DNA from: Candidatus Omnitrophota bacterium
GTDB lineage: Bacteria; Omnitrophota; Gorgyraeia; Zapsychrales; JANLHA01
Assembly (NCBI GenBank): GCA_029560465.1
Contig: JAKQKX010000082.1
Location: 4,947-68,946 of the forward strand
Reading direction: 5' to 3'
Length of the DNA stretch: 64,000 nucleotides
Under the pieces are notes generated by a model, which had not been told where the DNA came from, did not search any database, and worked only from the letters and a program-made list of their open reading frames with translations. Both the position numbers and the translations under genes were made by a program. Numbering within the stretch: position 1 is the first letter of the stretch; the number at the start of each line of letters is the position of its first letter. Below are positions 1-7,838 of the stretch, piece after piece.

Positions 1-762
1 AATGGTAAAGTCCTCCACCCCATGCAAAAACATATTCATGCGAGCGATCGTTGAGGTGGTAAGGTTCTTCTCTTGGCCAAAAATTTTGAGCGTCCGGTAA
101 TCCTGCTTCTTTTCTTTCAAATGGTTAATACATTCCAAAAGCATGCCGCCGGTGCCGCAGGCCGGGTCGTAAATAGACTCACCGGGCTTGGCATCTATAA
201 TCCGTCCCATTAGATTGACTACGGAACGCGGCGTATAAAACTCCCCCGCTTTCTTATTCGTTAAATCAGCGAAATGCTTGATCAAATATTCATACGCCTG
301 ACCAAGAATATCCGGTTCAATGTGGCCGTTAGCCAGATAGTATTGAGAGAAATGTTCAATGAGATTAATGAGAAGCTCGTCCGAAAGCCGGTCTTTATTC
401 GTCCACTGGGCGTCGCCAAAGATGCCGTAAAGAAACTTCTGGTTCGCCTTCTCAACCTCACGGAACGCGTATTGAAGCGCTTGACCGACATTCTTTGTAA
501 CCTGCCGCACATCATTCCAGTGACAGTTCTCCGGAATTATGAACCGGTGAAATTCCGGCAAACTCGCGTATTCCACATCGCCGCCCGACTCTTCTAAGGC
601 TTGTTTGTATTCGTCGTCATACACGTCTGAAATGCGCTTGAAGAACAAAAGCGGGAATATATAAACCTTGAAGTCGGCCGCGTCTACCGGGCCTTTTAGG
701 ATCCATGCGGCTTTGGAAAGATATTGCTCGAGTTGTGAAAGGGTTATTTTTCCGTTATTCAT
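1..762 (-). CDS. hsdM: Type I restriction-modification methyltransferase subunit, 5' part (runs off the left edge)
   Basis: Not in the ORF track. Manual translation from ATG 762 gives MNNGKITLSQLEQYLSKAAWILKGPVDAADFKVYIFPLLFFKRISDVYD, then GEFYTPRSVV and SIYDPACGTGGML (SAM motif I). ATGA overlap with the radC stop. Confidence 0.95.
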   Translation of the reverse strand, partial: MNNGKITLSQLEQYLSKAAWILKGPVDAADFKVYIFPLLFFKRISDVYDDEYKQALEESGGDVEYASLPEFHRFIIPENCHWNDVRQVTKNVGQALQYAFREVEKANQKFLYGIFGDAQWTNKDRLSDELLINLIEHFSQYYLANGHIEPDILGQAYEYLIKHFADLTNKKAGEFYTPRSVVNLMGRIIDAKPGESIYDPACGTGGMLLECINHLKEKKQDYRTLKIFGQEKNLTTSTIARMNMFLHGVEDFTI

Positions 763-1457
763 AACCCTCCCTGATCGGCAAAGCTGAAATGCTTATCGCC
801 TGCGATAATAATGTGATCCAAAAGCTTTATATCCAAGAGCTTCCCTGCATTGGACAAGTCCTGAGTGAATTTCCTGTCTTGTGCGCTTGGAGAACATTCC
901 GAGCTGGGATGGTTATGAACACAGACAATTGACTTGGCGAACTTCTGCAACGCGGCGTGGATTATTTCACGGACAATAGGAAATGCCTGATCAACGGTGC
1001 CGACCGCGGTATCAATGATGTCGATAATACGGTTATTGCTATCAAGATAAACAACCTTAAAAACCTCTGTCTTAAGGTCGCGAAGCTGAGGCATGACGAT
1101 ATCCACAACATCCTTGGCAGAGGCAATCTTCTGCTTCCCGGTGGACACATCGTCCTGTCGATAGCGCCGCCCGATTTCAAGCGCGGCCTGAATATGGGCA
1201 ATCTTGGCCCCGCCTAAACCCTTAAACTCTTTCCAGTCCCGGGCGTCGGTATGGGCCATGTTTCGGAATGTGCCGAATTTCTTTAAGATCTTGCGGGCGA
1301 GGTCAATGGCGCTGGTGCCAGCAGTACCGGTGCGAAGCAGAATGGCCAGAAGCTCTGAATTACTCAAAGCCCCTGCGCCCTTCTTGAGGAGTTTCTCTCT
1401 CGGCCTGTCATCCTCCGGCCAAGACTTTATGCCTGTAACTTTCTTTTCCTTCACCAT
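759..1457 (-). CDS. radC: RadC family JAB-domain protein
   Basis: DRPREKLLKKGAGALSNSELLAILLRTG N-terminus; JAB motif HNHPS...PSAQD...LLDHIII. Confidence 0.95.
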   Translation of the reverse strand: MVKEKKVTGIKSWPEDDRPREKLLKKGAGALSNSELLAILLRTGTAGTSAIDLARKILKKFGTFRNMAHTDARDWKEFKGLGGAKIAHIQAALEIGRRYRQDDVSTGKQKIASAKDVVDIVMPQLRDLKTEVFKVVYLDSNNRIIDIIDTAVGTVDQAFPIVREIIHAALQKFAKSIVCVHNHPSSECSPSAQDRKFTQDLSNAGKLLDIKLLDHIIIAGDKHFSFADQGGL

Positions 1458-1495
1458 TCTTCTCTTCTCTCGAATTAACCCGCAATTAAACTATC

Positions 1496-2023
1496 CTACG
1501 GAAGCGCAAAAGCGCGGCACTTAATGCGAATCTCTTTAAGCTCCTTCAGCACTGCCGTCAAGTCAAACGATTCACCGCGAAACGTCAAAGTCTGCGTCAA
1601 AGGATCATACGCCCTATGATGATTGCTAGGAAAATTTCTCTTCATTGACTTGAATGAATCTATTGCCAAGTCGCTGTAGACAGCCGAAGATTTCCCCTTA
1701 AACCATTTTTCTATTCGATCGTCATAGTGTTCGAAATGATTGCGGAATTTGCGATCAGAAAGAAGATTCCCTTCGTCGACTTTAAGCAACTCCCGCAATC
1801 TTTTGCCTCGTACCGCGTATTTCTTTTCCTGTGGCCATAAAATCTTCGATACGTTTCCAGTAGCCACGAGAATCGATTGAATTGAACTCCAAACTTCAAT
1901 CTGATCGAAATTTTTTGTGATCGCCGATAAACGTTTAGCCGCCAATTCTGCAATCTTTGACTGCAACACAATCTCGCCTATAAAAACCATCTCAGCAAGG
2001 GCTTTTTGTGGCCTATTATCCAT
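1496..2023 (-). CDS. Hypothetical protein, possible HEPN-like RNase
   Basis: 175 aa, predicted helical, with RNHFEH (RxxxxH). RBS GAGGAAG upstream. Confidence 0.6.
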   Translation of the reverse strand: MDNRPQKALAEMVFIGEIVLQSKIAELAAKRLSAITKNFDQIEVWSSIQSILVATGNVSKILWPQEKKYAVRGKRLRELLKVDEGNLLSDRKFRNHFEHYDDRIEKWFKGKSSAVYSDLAIDSFKSMKRNFPSNHHRAYDPLTQTLTFRGESFDLTAVLKELKEIRIKCRAFALP

Positions 2024-2070
2024 CGTTCACTTCCTCAATTCATCTAAACTTCCGGCTACCGGATGGCCTT

Positions 2071-2760
2071 TCATAACTGATTCGGCAATCCGCCGTATAA
2101 GTCCTTTGATAATTCCGATTGCCAATATTCTTTGGTATCAATATCCATAATCGTCAGTTTGCCCGACCACCCAGCGCCGGTGTCCAGATCCCACACGTTG
2201 CAAACATGAATCGGCTCAAGCGTTCTATAAATCTCCGTTGTCGTATGGCCGATAAAAATATCATCGTATTTTGTGATCTGCGCTTCACGTCTATAATTAG
2301 CCGCTTCCCATGCGTCTTTTAATAAATCCCTATCCCACACAAGCACCTGAGCACTATTTTGTTCCAATGGCAAATCCGGCACAAAACCGGCATGAACGAA
2401 AAGCTTATTCCTGACTTCCAACCAAAGATGTCCACTTTTTAGGAAGTCAATATGCGTCTGCGGCATAGGCCCACCGTTATACGACGCCATCGTCCGGTCA
2501 CCACCTTGACTTGTCCATATCTCCGGCTTATCGCCTCGCAAGGCCCAGTCGAGCGCCCACATGTCATGATTGCCAATGATCAGATCGCAGTGCTTGATCT
2601 TTAATAACTCGTCGATACACTGCCTGACTTCCGGATACCCATCGCAAACATCACCCATCACGATCAGGCGGTCTTTCTTATAATCGAACTTTGAGCGCTC
2701 AAAGCACTGCATCATCGCCTTGTAGGCGCCGTGGATGTCCCCGATGGCGAAGGTTCTCAT
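2071..2760 (-). CDS. Calcineurin-like metallophosphoesterase (PphA/lambda phosphatase type)
   Basis: Motifs GDIHG, GDVCDG, GNHD, VHAG, GHT and DTGAG. Confidence 0.92.
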   Translation of the reverse strand: MRTFAIGDIHGAYKAMMQCFERSKFDYKKDRLIVMGDVCDGYPEVRQCIDELLKIKHCDLIIGNHDMWALDWALRGDKPEIWTSQGGDRTMASYNGGPMPQTHIDFLKSGHLWLEVRNKLFVHAGFVPDLPLEQNSAQVLVWDRDLLKDAWEAANYRREAQITKYDDIFIGHTTTEIYRTLEPIHVCNVWDLDTGAGWSGKLTIMDIDTKEYWQSELSKDLYGGLPNQL

Positions 2761-3548
2761 TCCTCAATCCTTCGCCGAATATCTCCAAACTTCTCAAACG
2801 CGTCTTCTCTCACATTCGCGACATAAGCGTCCGGGCCGTTTTCCTGCTCAACAAATAAAGGCCCCTTTGAGTCAACACTGGCAAAATACTCTTTGAGATT
2901 CTCTTTGACCTGTTTGCCTTCTTTCAGTTTTTTGATAAGGCCGACCACATCGTCGCAAAGCTGTGCCTTTGTCGGGCTGAATCTGATCATATAATAAACG
3001 TAATAAAGGTCTTTCCTGAGCTTAGCTTTGTTTTCCCGATCGACAAACGTCAGCAGTTTATGGAAAACAAACATCGATTCTGTCGGTATCTGGATACTCT
3101 TGCCGTTCATTTTCACCGGCATGACAGAGCCAAGTAACAAACTGAAATGCTGGATTTCATTGATCTTGATCTCTTGGCCAACGATCTTATTGATGACTTT
3201 CCGGGAAACCTTGGGGTCGGTGATAAATTCAACTTCCGCTTTGGCATCACCGGAGGCATCTTTTACAATAGGCACAAAGGGAATCAGTCTGTCCATTGAA
3301 GCGTGGCGCTCTCCGTATCCCAAACGTTGCACCCGGGAAGCAACAGTATCCTTCCCTTTAAAGTCATGATCACCAACGCCGAAATCGATGTCTCCAGTAG
3401 TCACTGCCATATTGGGGACGTCTTTCCACATGTGTTTGGCATAGATGTACGGTACCCAACCGCCAACCAGAACAAGATACGGCAAAAAATCAGCCAGATC
3501 GTCTATAACTTTGATGAGGAGCTTTTCTCCCGGGAATTCTTTAGGCAA
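2757..3548 (-). CDS. Nucleotidyltransferase-fold protein (GSU2403/AbiEii-like type IV toxin)
   Basis: LVLVGGWVPY...TTGDIDFG, HKL and KLRKDLY. Overlaps the upstream antitoxin gene. Confidence 0.8.
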   Translation of the reverse strand: MPKEFPGEKLLIKVIDDLADFLPYLVLVGGWVPYIYAKHMWKDVPNMAVTTGDIDFGVGDHDFKGKDTVASRVQRLGYGERHASMDRLIPFVPIVKDASGDAKAEVEFITDPKVSRKVINKIVGQEIKINEIQHFSLLLGSVMPVKMNGKSIQIPTESMFVFHKLLTFVDRENKAKLRKDLYYVYYMIRFSPTKAQLCDDVVGLIKKLKEGKQVKENLKEYFASVDSKGPLFVEQENGPDAYVANVREDAFEKFGDIRRRIEE

Positions 3549-4215
3549 TTGATTTTCCTTCCTCTTTTAATGTCTTGAATAAATACTCGGCATGATCACG
3601 GCCTCTCTGCGGAAAATGGTAGAGGTCCAAATAAAGCTGGAGATTCGAAACAACATTGTATCCTTTGATCACTTGGGTATTGAAAAATGTGGCGCTTTTA
3701 TAATACGGGTTTATTAAATAAAAATTACCGCCCGTCTTTAATTCCTTCAGATCAAGCACCTGCCGCAAGTCCAATGAAGCGCTTTTGAAATTCTTTACCG
3801 GCAGGTAACAATATATTGTCTGCGTGTTCACGTAGCTGGTAATGAGATTGGCCCCGGTATGAAGCGCCAGGGCGTATTGATTGGGCTCTTTCTTCCCTGC
3901 AAAATATTCCTTTAGCCGGGGAAGAATATCCTCTCGGGTTGAGTAATAAAGATGGGCCTCGTTAAGCTCAAACTTATAGACTTTGAGCCACTCCTCAAGA
4001 AGCTCTTCTTTGTTTTGCAATATGCTATGCGCGAGCCTGCCAGAACGGACTCCTCCGACAAACCCCTTGGCGCGAAGTTCTGATAGCACTTTTGCCGCGC
4101 GCGCGCGGCCCACGCCAAATTCTTTCTCGAAATCCCTAGCGACCCATTTCCTATCGGGTTGAGATAGCATGGCGCGAATGATTATGTTCGCCTTATCTCC
4201 TAAAAGTATTTTCAT
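3541..4215 (-). CDS. AbiEi-like type IV antitoxin / wHTH transcriptional regulator
   Basis: N-terminal HTH; C-terminal VVSNLQLYLDLYHFPQRGRDHAE typical of the AbiEi_2 family. ATG 4215 has RBS AAGGAG. Confidence 0.8.
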   Translation of the reverse strand: MKILLGDKANIIIRAMLSQPDRKWVARDFEKEFGVGRARAAKVLSELRAKGFVGGVRSGRLAHSILQNKEELLEEWLKVYKFELNEAHLYYSTREDILPRLKEYFAGKKEPNQYALALHTGANLITSYVNTQTIYCYLPVKNFKSASLDLRQVLDLKELKTGGNFYLINPYYKSATFFNTQVIKGYNVVSNLQLYLDLYHFPQRGRDHAEYLFKTLKEEGKSIA

Positions 4216-4271
4216 CGTAGTAACTCCTTCGTACAATCCATTACTTGACTATCTGTTAAGCCAAGGCATAT

Positions 4272-4356
4272 TAAATGTCCACTTTTCCTAAATGTCCACT
4301 ATTTAGTGGACATTTCCAATTAGTGGACATTTTACCATGATGCACCTGAGAGTCAA
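4272..4356 (-). promoter_or_regulatory. Sigma70 promoter with a four-box nested palindromic operator
   Basis: TTGACT (4356-4351), 16 bp, TGgTAAAAT (-10 at 4334-4329). AAATGTCCACT at 4273 and 4290; its inverse AGTGGACATTT at 4305 and 4322. Confidence 0.8.
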
Positions 4357-4384
4357 GAGAAATATCTGATGCAGGTCAGTAAAA

Positions 4385-4534
4385 TTATGCCCATCCATGT
4401 CCATCAAAATGCCCTTTTTGAGCCCTCCCGGACGCCTGCAGGATACCCCTAAAATCGCCTGTTTTCCGACGCTGGGAGCTTATTTTGGCCGAGGTGACCA
4501 CTTATGCCCAAACCCCAAAAGTGATGGACATGGA
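4385..4534. repeat. 13-bp inverted repeat plus 9-bp direct repeat (possible origin or cis-site)
   Basis: TCCATGTCCATCA 4394-4406 and TGATGGACATGGA 4522-4534; TTATGCCCA at 4385 and 4502. Confidence 0.6.
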
Positions 4535-4561
4535 CATCGATTTTTTTGACCACTATCACTG

Positions 4562-4671
4562 GCTCCTTGCGCCTCGCCCGACCTGCTCCCCCACCCGGCT
4601 TCCAAGGACCCATGGCGCCTGCCAGCATAAAAAATCCCTATGGCCACGCCTCTCCGGCTCTACCATAGGGA
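4562..4671 (-). repeat. About 110-bp dispersed repeat, copy 1, including a terminator-like hairpin
   Basis: Shares GCGCCTCGCCCGACC, CCGGCTTCCAAGGACCC, AGCATAAAAAATCCCTATG and ACCATAGGGA with 11443-11553. The TCCCTATGG/CCATAGGGA stem is followed by T6 on the minus strand. Confidence 0.85.
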
Positions 4672-4697
4672 CTTGAGTTGCTAAAGCGAGCTGATCC

Positions 4698-4889
4698 TTA
4701 CAACGCCCCGATTACCGCCTCCGCCAAGCGCGTCATCGCATTACTATAAATCTGCCACTGGCCAGCCGAAGGTGCGCAAAAGGATACGTAGCTTCTTCGG
4801 ACTTTTTTCTGTATTTTCTGCTCTGTTTCCGCTTGTTTTATCCATTTTAGCCCTTCGTCATAGCAAAGCTTCCACGGCCGGCTAGGCCC
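4698..4889 (-). pseudogene. Startless 63-codon frame, putative recombinase C-terminal remnant joined to an att-encoded tail
   Basis: GPSRPWKLCYDEGLKWIKQAETEQKIQKKVRRSYVSFCAPSAGQWQIYSNAMTRLAEAVIGAL*. It overlaps the miaB fragment in another frame, and its tail is homologous to 13162-13221. Recombinase identity is inference. Confidence 0.5.
4744..4845 (-). pseudogene. miaB: Orphan miaB 5' fragment / att junction 1 (crossover about 4763)
   Basis: MDKTSGNRAENTEKSPKKLRILLRTFG|WPVADL*. MiaB starts K-x-x-I-x-T-[FY]-G-C-Q-M-N, and similarity stops after the TG of the Cys codon. Confidence 0.75.
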
Positions 4890-4947
4890 TTACCTTTAAA
4901 ATTTATGAGTGAAATACGGAATGACCAAAATATACAACTAGTTAAAT

Positions 4948-5820
4948 CTATTGTTTTATTCTGCCTAATTTTTGCATAATTAAATCCCCAAGTTGGTTCG
5001 GGCTCTTAAATTGTAAATCCACATAACAAATTGTCGGACGTAATCCGGGGAGTTCAGTCTTGTCAAAGCGCGCGGGCAAGATATACTCCCCTTTTTCTTC
5101 TAATTCTAAGGCTTTGGCTAAGGCACTTCCTCGCTCATGGCTCGGCCAAATCTTTTCCTTATAATGCTTGGAAATAAACATAACGCAATATCGAGCGTCG
5201 CCTCTGAATACTTTGTCTAAATGCTCAACCAAATCTTTTCCCCAGAGAGTGGCTTCTTCATACTTATCATAGAAGAAACGAATATTTTTTTTCTTTAAAT
5301 AGGCGGCAACTTTCTCGACATAATCCCTATCTTCTCCTGCGAATGAAAGCGCCACTTCATAGGCATTTTCACCCGGCATATTTTCTTTGTTCTCGCCGAT
5401 TCTTTTTGCCTTGTATATGCCTCTGCCAGATATCTGGGAATCTATATCAAGCCTATATCCATCCGGCTCCAAGTATTTGTTTAGCTCATCAACAACTTGT
5501 TTTACCTCACTCGCATCACGCTCTCGCAAGACAACAGGATGGACTACCTGTTCAATAAATTTTAAGAAGATAGTTTCGGGACATTCAAATAGTTTTAAAT
5601 AATTGGATAAGAGAAAATCTTCATCCCAGTCACTATTATTAATCATGTGTTGCCAGATGTCGCCTTCTGCATTTTCAAATCTGCCATCGGTGGAAGGCAT
5701 TGAGGACAAATCCCATACCCTTTTCAGGAAACCGACAAGGTCTAATTTACCGTAAAAAGGTTTACCTCTTACAAGTAGATAATCAATAATATCTCGTCGG
5801 GTTAATTCTGTAATAATCAT
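4948..5820 (-). CDS. AbiJ N-terminal domain - TIR domain fusion, putative anti-phage effector
   Basis: ITELTRRDI...FLKRVWDLSSMPSTDGRFENAEGDIWQHMINNSDW (AbiJ_NTD3-like). TIR: YEVALSFAGEDR...FFYD...ISKHY...WPSHE. Confidence 0.85.
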   Translation of the reverse strand: MIITELTRRDIIDYLLVRGKPFYGKLDLVGFLKRVWDLSSMPSTDGRFENAEGDIWQHMINNSDWDEDFLLSNYLKLFECPETIFLKFIEQVVHPVVLRERDASEVKQVVDELNKYLEPDGYRLDIDSQISGRGIYKAKRIGENKENMPGENAYEVALSFAGEDRDYVEKVAAYLKKKNIRFFYDKYEEATLWGKDLVEHLDKVFRGDARYCVMFISKHYKEKIWPSHERGSALAKALELEEKGEYILPARFDKTELPGLRPTICYVDLQFKSPNQLGDLIMQKLGRIKQ

Positions 5821-5897
5821 TTCAAAAATCATTTCTTTAGGCTTTTGTTATTTCAGCCCAATCCTTGCAAATAAGTACCGTCTGATTCAAAACTGTT

Positions 5898-6794
5898 TCA
5901 GTATCTTTTTGCTGTTAGTCTGGCGGGTAGCCATATTTTGTTCAGTAAACCCAGTGTTTTATCTATATCAAAACTTTTCTGCTCATCAATTGTCAGGACA
6001 GGGAACAGCTCATCAGAAAGCCGGGATTTCATTTCCTTTATTTCTTTGTCTTTTCTTCCAAGATTCACCCGGTAATTCTTTAAATCAGTTGAAAAGCCGT
6101 CCTCTTCAAGCTTTCGCTTGAAAAGTGATAGCAATTCCTTGCTTTTAAAATCAAACCCGCTTTTAAGTAAATAGCCCAAATCATAAAAATCCCGCGATGC
6201 AATAGTCTGCCTTGTTGATGCCGCCCGGAGCTTCTCAGCGACAAGCTCATTAATCGAAAGGCACGTTATCTTGCCGGCATCAAACAATTCTTCTTTTGTG
6301 AATGGGTGCAAGAATTTATGGTTGATTTTCCTGGTTGTAAAACTAAGCATAGGATTAAACCGAAGCCCGATTTCAAGCTTGATGGATTCTTTTTTGCCAA
6401 GAACCACTGAATCATAGTCAAGGTAATAGATGTATTGGGTGGATTCGTTATGTCCTGCGCTATCCAGATTCCCGACGCTCATTGCCAGTTTCTGTAATAG
6501 CGGCTGTAATGATTTCTTTATCGGTTCGATTGCTTTTTTTCGAATTGCGCGCGTTGCCTCATCTACAGGCAGTTTTAATGTAAAGTCCAAGTCCTCGCTT
6601 AAGCGGTAATATGAATAATAAACCTTGCTTAGTGCAGTGCCGCCCTTGAATACGAGGTCTGGGCTAAGCTCATTTATTTTTGAAAGAACTATGGTTATGT
6701 AATAATCTTTTTCAAGAAGCCGCAAGGGAAACCCTGTCTGGGCTGATGTCCTTTCAAGAATTTTTAAAAATTCAGATTTATTCTCATGAAGCAT
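5898..6794 (-). CDS. abiEii: AbiEii/AbiGii nucleotidyltransferase toxin
   Basis: LEKDYY, LVFKGGTALSKVY, RLSEDLDF, AEKLRA and RDFYDL. Confidence 0.93.
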   Translation of the reverse strand: MLHENKSEFLKILERTSAQTGFPLRLLEKDYYITIVLSKINELSPDLVFKGGTALSKVYYSYYRLSEDLDFTLKLPVDEATRAIRKKAIEPIKKSLQPLLQKLAMSVGNLDSAGHNESTQYIYYLDYDSVVLGKKESIKLEIGLRFNPMLSFTTRKINHKFLHPFTKEELFDAGKITCLSINELVAEKLRAASTRQTIASRDFYDLGYLLKSGFDFKSKELLSLFKRKLEEDGFSTDLKNYRVNLGRKDKEIKEMKSRLSDELFPVLTIDEQKSFDIDKTLGLLNKIWLPARLTAKRY

Positions 6795-7593
6795 TTTCTA
6801 TGACCATCCATTTTTTGTTTATACTGCCTTTTCTTGACTGCGAAGGATAAATGTTAATCAGGGATGTCTTTTTGACTGCTTTTAATAGCGGGCTTAACAT
6901 GCCATCACTGACCCTGCATTCTTCAAGGGCAATGCCGATTCTTTTAATGAGTGCTGTATTGGAAGATTTAACCGCGTATTTAATAAGCCTTGCAATATCT
7001 GTCTTTTTTCCCATGACATCGGATTTCAATATCTCAAACGCTTTCTTTAATCCTCCGACTGGCTCGGAAAAATAAAACAGGTCAATCAGTGTTTTTTCCC
7101 TGTCGCTGACAATAACATCAGTGTCTTTTATTTTTATCGTTTCAAAACCATAAAGGCGTTTTGGGGCAATCTTAATCATCTTGAAGCGCATGTTGCTGAC
7201 AACCTTTTCTTTTTGAGTGGAAGTGTTCAGGATATACATTGTCTGGAAAAGCTGGTCAGTAAAGCCGTAGTAGTTGTACATTGTTGAATAGCCGATATAA
7301 TAATTTTTCTTTGGGAAAAAAAGCGGCGGGATTAGGAATTCATTGATGTTGCTCCCGGCAGGGCCTGCTTCCAAAGGTGAATACAAATAGACGCCATTCT
7401 TGATTTTTTTAAGAATGCCTTTTTTGGAAAGACGGTAAAGCGTCTTTGCCCGTATTGACTTGAGATAGCCAAATAACTTGTCAAACTCTTCCTGAGTGAT
7501 TACCGTCACTTTCTCATAGGAGAGCCTTGATATGACTTCCTGCTCTCTCGGATTCAAGTATTGCATTGTATTGTTCTTTATCATTTTGCCCAT
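6784..7593 (-). CDS. abiEi: AbiEi type IV antitoxin
   Basis: LSKKGILKKIKNGVY, YYIGYSTMYNYYGFTDQ and VSDREKTLID. Overlaps the toxin start. Confidence 0.9.
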   Translation of the reverse strand: MGKMIKNNTMQYLNPREQEVISRLSYEKVTVITQEEFDKLFGYLKSIRAKTLYRLSKKGILKKIKNGVYLYSPLEAGPAGSNINEFLIPPLFFPKKNYYIGYSTMYNYYGFTDQLFQTMYILNTSTQKEKVVSNMRFKMIKIAPKRLYGFETIKIKDTDVIVSDREKTLIDLFYFSEPVGGLKKAFEILKSDVMGKKTDIARLIKYAVKSSNTALIKRIGIALEECRVSDGMLSPLLKAVKKTSLINIYPSQSRKGSINKKWMVIENAS

Positions 7594-7782
7594 AAATGGA
7601 AATGCTAGGAATTTACATACAATATAAATCTTATGGTTTTATTGCTGTTTGTCAATATATTTCAGCATGTTATGCGATAACTCCCCATCTCAGCAATCCG
7701 CTTCAAGACCCCTTCCATAATACGCCTGTAGCGCGCGCATCAATACCCTTTTCGTCACAACTTTTTTTCTGAATAAATTCCG

Positions 7783-7823
7783 TAAATTCCGGGGACACAC
7801 AACTAAACCTTATTTAGTGTGGG
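7783..7823 (+). repeat. 42-bp imperfect direct repeat, copy 1 (GGGGACAC type)
   Basis: TAAATTCCGGGGACACACAACTAAACCTTATTTAGTGTGGG; 34/42 match to 8511-8552. Confidence 0.75.
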
Positions 7824-7838
7824 TGAGTAAATTATTCT

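Noticed and set aside
274-597. Plus-strand 107-aa ORF and other short antisense ORFs in the track
   Set aside because: They are shadows of well-supported minus-strand genes (here hsdM) and have no motifs.
4272-4332. Regularly spaced repeats as a possible mini-CRISPR
   Set aside because: The units are 11 bp, half are inverted, spacers are about 6 bp and there are no cas genes. An operator explains them better.
4485-4676. Plus-strand 63-aa ORF
   Set aside because: TTG start, and it runs through the non-coding repeat and terminator module. The frame is not kept in the second copy.
7675-7750. Possible fourth att tail (CARYRRIMEGVLKRIAEMG resembles W-x-x-Y-x-x-x-M..LAE)
   Set aside because: There is no miaB-like 5' fragment or TG-N5-TGG junction in front, and the similarity is too weak to call.
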